Source: Octopus vulgaris
Taxonomy: Eukaryota
Direction: 5' to 3'
NCBI GenBank assembly: GCA_951406725.2
Contig: OX597835.1
Location: 46,810,001-46,874,000, forward strand
DNA length: 64,000 bases
A program made the position numbers and the translations under genes. Under the pieces are notes generated by a model. That model made no database searches. It was not told where the DNA came from and was given only the letters and a program-made list of their open reading frames with translations. Positions 42,464 to 54,881 of the stretch are shown piece by piece. The first letter of the stretch is position 1. Each line of letters begins with the position of its first letter.

Positions 42464-43309
42464 CACACACATATGTTTGCTATTTTACTCTTGTTCTAGT
42501 CTAACGACCCTCCATGTTTGTTTTCTTTCGGTTTCCTTGTATGCCTCCACTGTCCTGCTTTTGTTCCAAACTTTGACCCCCATCCCCATAAATCCCAAGT
42601 TTTATTTGGGTACTTATGGGAGCAACTGTCTTCGAAGACTCATATTGTTGTTCAATGCTTGAAATGAAGAGTAAATAGACAGCTGACAAGAGATGAAGGG
42701 TCGTTCTTTGTGTTACTTGTCCTGTTTTACATTTGTTTCTCTCGTTGTTTGTGTATTAAACTCATTTGTTTTCGTATTTCATGTTGTTTACTGTTGGTGA
42801 CGTCCTCTACCCATATATGCATATGTATGTATGTATATGTATATGTGTGTGCGTGTGTATGTGTGTGTGTATTGCTTAGGCATTGCTTGACTAGTAACCT
42901 ACTATAGAATTCAATATACGTATGCTTCTGAACGTTAGTCGAGTACAGAACGGTAATAGGAAAAGGGGTGAAAAGGGGTGAGACTCTGATGAAGGTATTA
43001 CGGTGTTACTCGGGCACTCAACTATGAGTCCATCGCATCTTTTAGGGGAAACAACTGTAAGCTAATGGAAGTTCATAATGCACTTTATATATACAGTTTT
43101 ATATACTTTATTCACAATTTTACGGGGTTAATACACTCTCCCTCTTTCTCTCTCACTCTTCACCTTACTCTCTTTTTCATAAGATAAGCATTTATTCCTT
43201 TGTCCTCTCTCTTACCTTATGTGTGTGTGTGTGTGTGTGTGGAGAAAACAAGTGTTGCTTTTTAATAAATGATTCAGACTCTACCACCACCACCACCTGT
43301 GCTAATGTG

Positions 43310-43690
43310 GAGGTAGTGGTGGTGGTGGTGGTGGTGGTGGTGGTGGTGGCGGCGGCGGCGGCGGTGGTGGTTTTGGTGGTGGTGGTGGTGGTGATGGTGG
43401 TGGTGGTGGTGGTGGTGGTGGTGGTGGCGGTGGTGGTAGTGGTGGTGGTGGTGATGGTGGTGGTGGTGGTGGTGGTGGTGGTGGTGGTGGTGGTGGTAGT
43501 GGTGGTGGTAGTGGTGGTGGTGGTGGTAGTGGTGGTGGTGGTGGTGGTGGTGGTGGTGGTGGTGGTGGAGGTGGTGGTAGTGGTGGTGGTGGTGGTGGCG
43601 GTGGTGGCGGCAGCGGCAGCGGTCGTCGACTTCGTCGTTGTCGTCGTGGCGGCGGCGGCGGCGGCGGCCGTGGTGGTGCTGGTACTAGTG
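43310..43690. repeat. (GGT)n/(GGC)n microsatellite
   Basis: Direct inspection. Confidence 0.97.
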
Positions 43691-44074
43691 ATAATATGAT
43701 AATGTCTGTACTGATAATGCTGTTGCTAATATTCGTTGGGGTGTTAGAAATAGTTTTCTTTTATCAGAGATAAGCAGCAGGTTGGAGTTGGTGGTTGTGG
43801 TGACGATGATGTGATAATGCTAGAATGTGTTTGCTGTTGTTGTCTTATAACCCCGGGCCATCCTGAAGGAGAAGTCATATGCTACCTAGACACAGTTGAT
43901 CACTGTCGATCCAGATGGACTGAACCATCACGGTTGGCTGATCATGGCTGATAAGTAACCGCAGATCAATTCTGATCTATAACACCTGTGACACCAAAGA
44001 CTTTGGTTATTCTTGATGTGTGACTCCAGGATAGCCCTGCTCTAGAAGAGCGGTTGGCACCATTTCGTTTTTTG

Positions 44075-44475
44075 TTTTTCTTTTTATTTGTTTCATTCAT
44101 TGAATTGCAACCAAATTGGGGCACGGCCTTGAAGGCTGTAGTCAAACAGACAGACCCCCACCCCCGGCTAATTTCTTGGTCTTCATTCTGGTGCTTATAC
44201 TATCGGTCTCTGTCACCCAAGTACGTTGATTCAAACAAACAAACACCGGTTGTCAAGTATTGGAAGGGAAAAAACATAGGTACACACACACACACATACA
44301 CACATACAAATATATATATACACGAAGGGATTTCACACAATTTCCGTCGACCAAATTCACTCTCAAGGCTTTAGTCGGCCCGAAGCTATAGTAGAAGACA
44401 CCCATCCAAGTTGCCGTGCTGTGGGACTGAACTCAAAACCACACGGCTGCAAAGCGAGTTTCTAAACCATACAGG
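44075..44475 (-). mobile_element. SINE-B, old copy
   Basis: Degenerate reverse complement. Confidence 0.75.
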
Positions 44476-44754
44476 TATGGCTGTATGATTTAGAAATGTT
44501 GTTCACCTTGAAGCACTGTGCCGCGCCATCGAAGTTGACCGGTCGTAGTTGATAAGTAGCCACTGGTCAACTCTGATCGAGCAGTCTTCCCAACAGAGGT
44601 CGTTAGTTGTCTTTATTGCTGTCGTTGCCATTATCGTTGTTTAACCCTCATTCGGCCCCGATCAAGCTGACTGATTATCAAAAGTACCCCAACAGTTACA
44701 ATCCCGTCTTCATACTGTGCAGATAGGTCCCAGAACTACATAATCCAATGTGGT

Positions 44755-45705
44755 AGTGTGCAATTTTCTGAAAAATTAGCTATTTTTTCTAGCATATCGA
44801 ACGACCACCTAGAAGCCTTTCTAGCTGCTCCGATTATTCTCTAATATGCCAGCTGAGTGTGATTTAAGACACTAGTATACGACTCGATTGGTATCTTATA
44901 GTAATTCTGCTTGTTCCTCTCTTTCTTGGCCCATCCGCAGCGCTTCCATGTAATTAGTTGAAGGTGGGACAGGAAAAGGAGAGAGGGAGAGGGAGTGGTG
45001 AGTGAAATGTGTAATTTTCTTTTCTCCGTTCGTCCGTTACTTAGCCCGTCTGTAACGCTTTCTCGTGATTAGTTGAAGGGAGAGGCAAAGCGCAAAAGAA
45101 AATGGAGAGAGAAAAAGAGAGTAAGGTGAAGAGTGAGAGAGAAAGACGGAGAGTGTATTAACACCCGTAAAATTGTGCATAAAGTATATAAAGTGCATTA
45201 AGTAATCATCGTATTCCAATTTCCTTCACTTTTCAGGGATTAGCAGATGAGAGATTATCTTTTGATACAGACACAACACAGGTTACGATTTCAGGTTTTG
45301 GGGGATAAAGTTTTCAGAAATAACCCAATAACTTTACCTTTAATTCCGTGAAATATTCACAGGTCCTGCTAGTTAAGCTTTTATTTCTAGCCGATCAAGA
45401 GACAATGGCGCAATTTGATGAAAAATTAGCTGCTCTTTTTAGCATAACGATCGGTCACATAGAGGCCTTTCTAGCAGCTTCATTTATTATCATTTATTAT
45501 TCAGCTGGGTGTGATTTAAGACACTAATATGGGACTTAAGTGGAAATAAGCAATCATTTCTAGCCAGTCGGGAGACTACAGTGCAATTTGATGAATTATT
45601 AGCTACTCCTTCTAGCATATCGATCGACTACGTAGGAGACTTTCCAGCTACTTCGATTATTCTCTAATATGCCAACTAGGTGTGATTTAAGACACTAGTA
45701 GGATC
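44755..45705 (+). repeat. local triplicated repeat of about 120-175 bp
   Basis: GCAATTT..ATTAGCT..TAGCATA..GTGTGATTTAAGACACTA at about 44760, 45410 and 45582. Confidence 0.8.
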
Positions 45706-45734
45706 AAGTTTTTATTTGTAGCCGTCTCTGGTTG

Positions 45735-45940
45735 TCCCTCCCCTACCATCGCTTGACAACCAATGCTGGTGTCTTTATGTCACCGTAACCTAGCGGTTCG
45801 GCAAAAGAAACCGATAAAATAAGTACTAGGCTTACAAAGAATAAGTCTTGGGCTCGATTTCTTCGACAAAAAAACCTTTAAAGCGGGACTCCAGCATGGC
45901 CGCAGTGAAATGAGTGAAACAAGTAAAAGAATAAAAGAAT
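45735..45940 (+). mobile_element. SINE-B 3' half
   Basis: TAGCGGTTCGGCAAAAGA..CTCCAGCATGGCCGCAG tail. Confidence 0.88.
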
Positions 45941-46287
45941 GACATATTCTGTACGATGTTAATCTATTCGGAGAGTGTCCTTCAATTTTATCAGCGTGGC
46001 CATTACAGCTTTGTGTACTTTCCGTTATATTCTGTGAGATACAAGTAGTACAAGTTTTTCCGAATAATAGCATTACGTGTATTTACTTCAGCGTCTGTAT
46101 CGATGCTTTTTTAGCCTCAAATCAATCTTGGCTGAGCCAGGTAGAACCGTTATCAACCTGTCTTCCAATCACAATCGCCCTGGATTTTCTTCAAAGACAG
46201 TATGTGCGTGCGAGGGTGGGTGACTGTGGGGGCGACGGTGAGCATGCGTTAGTCATGAATTCTCAAATAATTCAATAGGAACCAATT

Positions 46288-46354
<67 letters not shown>

Positions 46355-46419
46355 CCTATCTACCTATCTATCTACCTATCTAGCTATGCATGCATTTACA
46401 TATTTATATATATATATTC

Positions 46420-46825
46420 CTTTATTCTTTTACTTGCTTCAGACTTTAGACAGGGCATCACCTTGAAGGGGTTTTAGTGGAACAATTCGACCCCAGGACT
46501 TAATCTTTTAAAGTCTGTTACTTGTTCTATCAGTCGCTAAGTTACAGGAACGTAAACACACCAACACCGGTTCTCAAGCGGTGAAAGTGGGGGACAAACA
46601 CAGACACAAAAGCACACACATAGATTCACGCACACACACACACATATATATACATACATACTACAGGTTTCTTTCAGTTTCCGTCTACCACATCCACTCA
46701 CAAGGCTTTTGTCGGCCAGAGCCTGAAGTAGAAGACACTTGCCCAAGGTGCCACGCAGTGGGACTGAACCCGGAACCATGTGGTTGAAGAACAGGCTTCT
46801 TACCACACAGCCATGTCTGTGCCTG
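46420..46825 (-). mobile_element. SINE-B
   Basis: Reverse-complement copy. Confidence 0.85.
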
Positions 46826-47206
46826 ATACATATAGATTTATCTCCATGGTAACTGCAGAGTATTTGCCTTTTAGCAGTTGAAATATTTGACAAACATTTC
46901 AACTAACCTAAATTCTACTCATACCTAAACACTGCTTTGCGCCAATGCTTCGTTATTTACCTTCATCAAGCGATCTACTAACGCAAATCAGTCAACGAGT
47001 TGACTGAATTATATATAAGGCTACAGCTAATAAAGTTCGTCCGGAGTTGTCTCTTTCAGGTATATCTCATTGACAAGAGTCAAAAAACTCGAAACATTGG
47101 TGTCTTGGATTCCTAACACTGAACGAACTGGCTGTTTTCAAACCTTTTTGACATAAGAAAGATTCTTTTTAACCTTTCCAATAGTTTTGACTCTATTGAG
47201 TCAAAA

Positions 47207-47243
47207 TTATTGAAAAGGTTGCAACACGCAACGAAAATTTTAG
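47207..47243 (+). ncRNA. minimal hammerhead motif, U3-A8 variant (insert about 47170-47400)
   Basis: TTA-TTGAAAA-G-GTTGC(aacac)GCAAC-GAAA-AT-TT^TAG; preceded by a 23-bp fold-back. Confidence 0.55.
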
Positions 47244-47494
47244 GAAAAGAAAAATAAGAAATAAGTGGAAATTTTACCGGTGGGTGTGTTAAATAATAAG
47301 GCACAGAAATAAAATGACTCTCCCCAGACACAACAGAATATGCTTCAACACACGAACTCATATAAAGAATCTTGCAAACCAAATCCTAAAAGGAAACTTA
47401 TACATTCATAATTCTCCATTTTCTTTATTTCATTATTAACAATATATACACACATGTCTCTGTGTGTATATCTATATATCTCTTGCAAACAAAT

Positions 47495-47900
47495 GTGGTA
47501 ACATATAACAATATTGACCAAGGTTACCGTGGTCTTTTTCGTAGGCTTTTCTTCCCACGGATAAACCTTACTTGCTTTCCCCTTTACACCATATATCATA
47601 ACACTGTGATACACGATCCCTATTGATCGTTTTTTTTCATCTTCCCCTTTTTTCCCCTTTTTTCTTCTTTTTTCATTTCTCTTTTCTTTTGTTCCTTTTC
47701 CTTTTCTGCTTTTTTTTAATTTTTATTTTATTTTTATTTTTTTCTTTATTTTTTTTTCTTCCCTTTTACGATCCCTTTTGATCGAAAACCTACGCCACCC
47801 CTTTTTTTTGTTTCTTTTGTTTTTTGTTTTTTTCATCCCCCAAAAGAAAAGCTCTACCTTGTAACTTGTCCCATCTGTGTGCAGCCCTGTGTGGCCAATA
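47495..47900 (+). mobile_element. Tx1-family 3' UTR fragment
   Basis: Homologous to the reverse complement of 21428-21690 (GGTTAC.GTGGTCTTTT.CGTAGG; TTGTCCC.TCTGTGT..AGCCCTGTGTGGCCAA); ends in (TCTA)n. Confidence 0.88.
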
Positions 47901-47908
47901 TCTATCTA

Positions 47909-47946
<38 letters not shown>

Positions 47947-48249
47947 AACACACAAACACTCACACATACACACATATATATACATAAATGTATGTAAATA
48001 TATATATATATATTTACATACACACACACACACATACGCACCCACACTTAGACCAACTCGCACACACATACACAGCTCTGCTCAGTGTTGCGGACAGAAA
48101 CAACAGTTGGAAAAACAATTTTAATCATGCGTGAAACAAATGACAAAGAATGCATCAGCGTCACATGTGTGTTCGAGTGTGTGTGTGTGCGTGTGTATGA
48201 ATATGTGTGTGTGTGTGTGTGTGTATGTGTGTGTGTGTGTGTGTGTGTG

Positions 48250-48432
48250 TAGGTTACGTAAGTCACTAATTTGTCATTCTATAAGTTTTCTAATCGATAA
48301 TACGAGCAACAATAAAATAGTTACATGAAGTAAATATATATTATAGGTCACAGAAGATTGGGAATCGATGAAGTGGTAAGTTAATGACTGATTAAAAGCA
48401 ATGACAGGGGAAAAGAACCACCGAACCTTCAC

Positions 48433-48490
<58 letters not shown>

Positions 48491-48680
48491 TTCTGAAATT
48501 TCATTTGAATATTTATAAACCACGATTTATATTTCAATGTATTGTTTTATGAATACTACCATTCGTAACGAAATAATAGGTTATCAACCAGTAATTCATT
48601 GGGTATCTTTATGCCAGGCACGTGCCGTCAGTAATTACTCAGCGTAGGCAGCTGGTGGGCTTTATTAAGTAAAACACACA
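48250..48680 (+). repeat. segment of about 430 bp duplicated at 56519-56935
   Basis: Near-identical sequence, including the internal (CA)n. Confidence 0.93.
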
Positions 48681-48843
48681 AGGCTGCAAAAGCTGCTCTC
48701 GACTTTTGTGCTGTGTATGGAGAGGGTGCCATAGCTGAAACAACCGCTCGTGATTGATATGCTAAGTTCAAAAATAGAAATTTTCACTTCAAAGACGCAC
48801 CGCGTTCTGGCCGTCCAGTTGAGTTCAATGAAGAGCGATTAAT
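48681..48843 (+). mobile_element. mariner transposase HTH fragment
   Basis: KAAKAALDFCAVYGEGAIAETTARD*YAKFKNRNFHFKDAPRSGRPVEFNEERL. Confidence 0.88.
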
Positions 48844-48844
48844 T

Positions 48845-49118
48845 GTCAGGATTCCTCTCTCGACCTTGCTGACGTAGTCCAAAGGAGTGCAGAGCATTGT
48901 GTTTGGCACCAGCTTGGTTGCAGGAGCTGCCGGAAGAGTGTCGAGTCGAATACTAAACCGCCTACGTGGCTCCACTCCGGATTTCTTTGAAGGTTGTCTC
49001 CTTTCCGTAGCCCTGGATAGGGGCCCATACCGGGTACTATCAGCCGGAGCCAGCTGAGCCCGGGACTCGTGTCAGGCAGGGTCGTCACTCCCTGAAGTAG
49101 TGAAGAAAATCGCTACCC
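48845..49118 (-). mobile_element. GC-richer fragment, possibly an RTE-type LINE 5' region
   Basis: CCAAGCTGGTGCCAAAC motif recalled from RTE-type 5' regions; not verified. Confidence 0.35.
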
Positions 49119-49686
49119 ACTACCTATATATATATATATATTTACATATAAGAGACCAAAGTATACGTACGCCGCCAAATGTATATAAAAAGGAATGCAA
49201 TAAATAGGACGAGACCGCAAAGCGTCCAGACAACAAGATGAGGCAAAAAAGGGACGACAAAACATCCGGACAGATGATACAAAAGGGAGACAAGAAAAAG
49301 CATTGACGGGTCATTCGAAGTCTTCTTTCCTCAGTAGAGTTCCAGATTATCTTTGCAATTTTGGCTGGCCATACTCGAGATTGCTCCAATCTGGCCAGCC
49401 GCAAGGAAAAACTAAACTAAGAGCATTAGATTCCTTGAAGGAAAGCAGCGAATGCATATGAAAACAGGGACGGAAAAGAAACGGAGAAATGGTACACAAA
49501 TATATGTGTGTGTGTGTGCGTGCGTGTGCGTGTGCGTGTGTGTGTTTGTGTGTGTGCGTGTGTGTATGTGTGTGTATGGGCATGTATATATGTATTATCG
49601 TGCGTTACATAACTCACCGATTTATTATTTATAACTTATCTAATCGAAATTATGAAAAGAAGGAAATGGCTAAAAAAAATAAATAA

Positions 49687-49721
<35 letters not shown>

Positions 49722-49724
<3 letters not shown>

Positions 49725-51285
49725 TTAAATCCTTTAAAATGTTTTAGCCCGAAGGCCGCGGCCATGCTGGGGCACCACCGCTGAATGAGCTACACTAATT
49801 TGTGAATCCACCTCTGATACGTGGCACTTGATCAACAAGGGAGTTCGATGCTGCTGCCCACATCCGCGTCTCCTGTCGTGAGGTAGGTTCATCTGGGACT
49901 CCCAACAAGAAGAGATCCAGTTTAGTTTTAAAGAAACCCACATCCACACCATGTAAGTCTCTCAGGCATTTAGGGAGGATGTTAAAGAGCTGTGGTCCTC
50001 TGAAACCCAAGCTGTTGCAGTATCTGGACCTGTATTTTGATGGTGATGTTGGAATCTTTGGCACCATGCAGTGGCGCCCCGTTCTGTGGTTGGAGTAACT
50101 TTGAATGCCAAAGTTTGGGACAAGACCCTCCAGGATTTTCCAGATGTATATCACCGCATATCTCTCCCGCCTCCGCTCTAGGGAGAAGAGGTTTAATACC
50201 TTCAGTCTTTCCTAGTAGCTGATATTTTGCATTGAGACGATTTTCTTTGTGTAGCTTCTCTGAATTGCTTTGAGTTCTGCTGTTAGTTTTATATTGTGTG
50301 GTGACCAAAGTTGGGAGCAGTAGTCCAAGCGACTGAGGACGAATGTTTTCCATAGGACCATCAGTGTCTCCTTCTCTCTTGTTCTGAAAGTTCGGAGAAT
50401 CCATCCAGATAGCTGTCTGCATTTTATCACCAGATTAGCAATATGCACTTGGAAAGATGCATCATTGCTCATGTCAATGCCCAGGTCACGCACTGATTTT
50501 GAATCAGGGATTGCAATTCTTATTGGGCCAGTGTATCCAGTCTTCACGTCATTTACCTTTGTGTGCCAGTAACGCAGGGCCTGGAACTTACTTGCATTAA
50601 ACTGCATGTTGTTGTCCTCAGCCCACCTGTATATTGTGTCCAGCTCATGTTGCAGATGCGCAATATTTTCAGGGTTTTGTATTGCGTGGGAGACTTTTGT
50701 GTCATCTGCATAGCTAGCAAGGGTGGTCATCGTAGCAACTGAGGCATGTCTGAAAGGGCCACTATGAACATCAGTGGCCCCAAGACAGTGCCCTATGGGA
50801 CACCGCTTGTTATTTGCGTTTCCTTGGAGGTGGCTCCATTGCTCACAACTGCCTGTTTTCTGTCTTTTAGGAAGTTGTGCAGCCACTCTCCAAGTTTTCC
50901 GCCTATGCCGAGACCACGCAGTTTGTGACAGATCATACCATGGTCGACTTTATCAAAGGCTTTTGCAAAGTCGAGATATATTACATCCACATTTTAGCCA
51001 TGTAGTAGCTGTTTTAACACCCAGTCATAGTGTTGCAGGAGCTGTGTTAGGCAGCTTCTACCTGGTCGAAATCCATACATGGGTGTCAGTCAGCAATCCT
51101 TTTCTTCAAGGAACATGATTAGTTTATACGGACTATTCGTTCCATGACTTTATGATGTGAGGTCAGAGAGATAGGCCTATAATTTTTAGCATCTGCTCTC
51201 CTACCTCCCTTATGGATAGGGCATATTACCCCCTCTTTCAATTTGACTGGGAGCTTACCACTTGCAAGAAAGCTCCTCCTACCAA
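49722..51285 (-). mobile_element. CR1-group LINE, 5'-truncated RT pseudogene with intact 3' tail
   Basis: NYRPISLTS, YLDFAKAFDKVDH, SGVP*GTVLGP, YADDTK, VRDLGI, SRLDYCSQLWSP, FKTKLDLFL..VPDEP. Confidence 0.93.
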
Positions 51286-51349
51286 ATATTTATTTATTTA
51301 TTTATTTTTTTATTGTAGCCATTTCATTCCTTTCATAATATCGATTATA

Positions 51350-51424
<75 letters not shown>

Positions 51425-51439
51425 CCATATATATATATA

Positions 51440-51990
51440 CGAGCAAAACACCCCCACTCCGTCCAATGGACGGTGCTGAATCACATCTGCTAAGTAAAAA
51501 TCAATCAGCGTTTTCTTTTCTTTAAAAAATAATTAAGCATGCCTTTATTTCAATAAAATTTTTGGTTTTGTTAAACGAAGTTAAGACAAAAAAAAAGACT
51601 TCTTGAGAAACCAAATAGTCTTTCCTTCCTTCATGCCAAGTTTGAAGAGAATGTCTCTTTTGCATCTTACTTTTTTGGTCTCTTAAATATACTGCATTTT
51701 GTGGCATTATTTCAAGCCAGCCGGCTTTTTTTGCTCAAACTGCACGTGCAATTTTCTCGCGTACGCGTAGTATCGATCGCAACAGCTGATGTACTTGCGC
51801 GTACAAATGCACGTTCCCACGGCTTTATCGATCGCATTCTCACCTGGAATCGATTTTTGTAGTTTTTTCAAGACTTATATACGCCCTGATACCGTCAGTA
51901 TCTACATATCAAATTTGAGCGCAATCGGATGGAGGATGCCCGAGATCCTAGAAGACACACACACACACACACAGAATGGATTTTATATTA
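51440..51990 (-). mobile_element. non-autonomous Helitron-like element
   Basis: Subterminal hairpin CCGTCCA-A-TGGACGG near a degenerate CTAG end; other end CAAATTTGAGCGCAATCGG..(CA)n as at 19660-19750. Confidence 0.55.
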
Positions 51991-52295
51991 TATATATATA
52001 TATATATAATTTCAACAATTGAGGGTAAAATTAATTAATTATTAATCAATTTCACCAAGTGTTCAGTATGCAAAGGGACCATTTAAGGCGAATTCAAATT
52101 ATTACATTATATAAAAGGGCTTAGTAAAATAAATTACTTTGCCGCATACTGAACTCATTAGAAATAGCAGCTAAAAAACTTTTTAAAGCTATTTCTAATA
52201 CTTAAAGAAAATCTCTCTCATATATAGTGTTTGCTTGATTCAACTCACAAAAGTTTGGGGGTAAGGACATTAAAAAATCAAATGCTAAGGTTATT

Positions 52296-52347
52296 TGAGA
52301 ACGTACGTTTCAAGATTAGTCAAAACAACATTTCTATCTTCAGCTCA
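52296..52347 (-). ncRNA. type-I hammerhead ribozyme (array copy 1)
   Basis: TGAG-CTGAAGA-stem II-GAAA-CGTACG-TT^CTCA. Confidence 0.75.
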
Positions 52348-52838
52348 GAAACTCCTTGGTTTGGATTTGGAAACACTGAAAGTAAGAACATACCCTTTCG
52401 AAGATCCGCTCGTAACTAACAGTGCCAACAAACCCAAATAAGCAAGTGAAGAATTTCTGTTCTCCCCTTTCCACCAGCGTGGGTTAAAATCATCAAACGC
52501 TATGCTTATTTCGGTAAAATCCGAAGCATTAATTAGAGGAGATTAATTATAATTTCAACAATTGAGGGTAAAATTAATTAATTATTAATCAATTTCACCA
52601 AGTGTTCAGTATGCAAAGGGACCATTTAAGGCGAATTCAAATTATTACATTATATAAAAGGGCTTAGTAAAATAAATTACTTTGCCGCATACTGAACTCA
52701 TTAGAAATAGCAGCTAAAAAACTTTTTTAAAGCTATTTCTAATACTTAAAGAAAATCTCTCTCATATATAGTGTTTGCTTGATTCAACTCACAAAAGTTT
52801 GGGGTAAGGACATTAAAAAATCAAATGCTAAGGTTATT

Positions 52839-52890
52839 TGAGAACGTACGTTTCAAGATTAGTCAAAACAACATTTCTATCTTCAGCTCA
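52839..52890 (-). ncRNA. type-I hammerhead ribozyme (array copy 2)
   Basis: Identical motif. Confidence 0.75.
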
Positions 52891-53654
52891 GAAACTCCTT
52901 GGTTTGGATTTGGAAACACTGAAAGTAAGAACATACCCTTTCGAAGATCCGCTCGTAACTAACAGTGCCAACAAACCCAAATAAGCAAGTGAAGAATTTC
53001 TGTTCTCCCCTTTCCACCAGCGTGGGTTAAAATCATCAAACGCTATGCTTATTTCGGTAAAATCCGAAGCATTAATTAGAGGGAGATTAATTATAATTTC
53101 AACAATTGAGGGTAAAAATTAATTAATTATTAATCAATTTCACCAAGTGTTCAGTATGCAAAGGGACCATTTAAGGCGAATTCAAATTATTACATTATAT
53201 AAAAGGGCTTAGTAAAATAAATTACTTTGCCGCATACTGAACTCATTAGAAATAGCAGCTAAAAAACTTTTTTAAAAGCCATTTCTAATACTTAAAGAAA
53301 ATCTCTCTCATATATAGTGTTTGCTTGATTCAACTCACAAAAGTTTGGGGGTAAGGACATTAAAAAATCAAATGCTAAGGTTATTTGCATACTGAACACT
53401 TGGTGAAATTGATTAATAATTAATTAATTTTACCCTCAATTGTTGAAATTATAATTAATCTCCCTCTAATTAATGCTTCGGATTTTACCGAAATAAGCAT
53501 AGCGTTTGATGATTTTAACCCACGCTGGTGGAAAGGGGAGAACAGAAATTCTTCACTTGCTTATTTGGGTTTGTTGGCACTGTTAGTTACGAGCGGATCT
53601 TCGAAAGGGTATGTTCTTACTTTCAGTGTTTCCAAATCCAAACCAAGGAGTTTC

Positions 53655-53706
53655 TGAGCTGAAGATAGAAATGTTGTTTTGACTAATCTTGAAACGTACG
53701 TTCTCA
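53655..53706 (+). ncRNA. type-I hammerhead ribozyme (inverted copy)
   Basis: Canonical CUGAAGA and GAAA, palindromic AACGTACGTT stem III, GUU triplet, predicted cut after 53702. Confidence 0.75.
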
Positions 53707-53889
53707 AATAACCTTAGCATTTGATTTTTTAATGTCCTTACCCCCAAACTTTTGTGAGTTGAATCAAGCAAACACTATATATGAGAGAGATTTTCTTTAA
53801 GTATTAGAAATAGCTTTAAAAAAGTTTTTTAGCTGCTATTTCTAATGAGTTCAGTATGCGGCAAAGTAATTTATTTTACTAAGCCCTTT

Positions 53890-53939
<50 letters not shown>

Positions 53940-54432
53940 CATTTTATTCATAGTAATCGGAGTAACCTTCATAATTTTATTGAATTAGGTGCATATTTTG
54001 CAATAAAAGGAAAATGTTGCTATCGATCTATTTCATTCAAGGTAGGCACTGCCTACCTTGCCTACCCAGCCTTTATCCCTTACTTTATCCCTTACTTTAT
54101 CCCTTACTTTATCCCAGCTTTATCCCTTACACACACGCAAACAACTAAAGGGTGCATATGACCGGCTTCTTTCGCTCTCCTTCTACCAAATAGTCGAGAC
54201 TATAGTGAAAGAGACTTGCACAAGGTGCTAGGTACGGCATCGGAAGATTGAAGTGAAAAGGGGGCAAAGGGCTACATAACCCAAAACAAATGGTGTGGTC
54301 AGCCGCGCTGCGCTCTAATAACCGCGATGGTGCTGCCGTGGAGAATGGCATTTGTATATATATATATATATATACACGTGAATCGTTGGCGATTTTCTTC
54401 CTCCATCTTCCATTCTAATGGACTTTCCTCTG

Positions 54433-54465
54433 TTTCTGAAGAAGACCGTAGCTCGAAACGTTAAA
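54433..54465 (+). ncRNA. minimal hammerhead motif (insert about 54375-54560)
   Basis: TTT-CTGAAGA-A-GACC(gta)GCTC-GAAA-C-GTT^AAA; one stem II mismatch. Confidence 0.6.
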
Positions 54466-54881
54466 TCATATTTCTTTCCTTCCCTGAGCGTCTGCTAATA
54501 CCACTAGCTCGCGTTGTTGTTGTTGTTTTTGTGTTTGATGTTCTTTTAGGGGGATTTATATATATATATATACACCTAAAAAATATATATGAAGGGCTTC
54601 TTTCAGTTTCCACCTACCAAATTGTAGAGACTATGGTAAAAGATAGTTGCACAAGGTGCTAGGCAGTGGGACCGAAATCGTGACCCATGCCGTGGGGGAA
54701 CAAACTTCTTGCTACTCAGCCACTCAAGCACCTGTGTATTTCTTATGAATATATTTGTTGCTATTTACCTGAGCTCTGGCATCGCCTGAAACCATTTTCT
54801 GCGGTAAGGCTTCTTTATACTGATTCTGTGGCGACACTCCATTATAGAATTTTTTCGAAGTCCGCGAAACATTTACGTATA

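Larger units (their letters stand above)
52005..53897. mobile_element. young hammerhead-containing 543-bp tandem array with inverted permuted copy (retrozyme/Penelope-type)
   Basis: Units start at 52005, 52548 and 53092 (third truncated at 53387); inverted copy at 53384-53897; near-identical; (TA)n flanks. Confidence 0.92.

Noticed and set aside
47066-47102. HHR-like TTGACAA-GAGT..ACTC-GAAAC
   Set aside because: Core and stem II are plausible but stem I does not pair, so it is not listed as a ribozyme
52231-52419. 62-aa ORF repeated in the 543-bp unit
   Set aside because: Non-ATG start, antisense to the HHR, disrupted by an indel in unit 2, no recognisable motif
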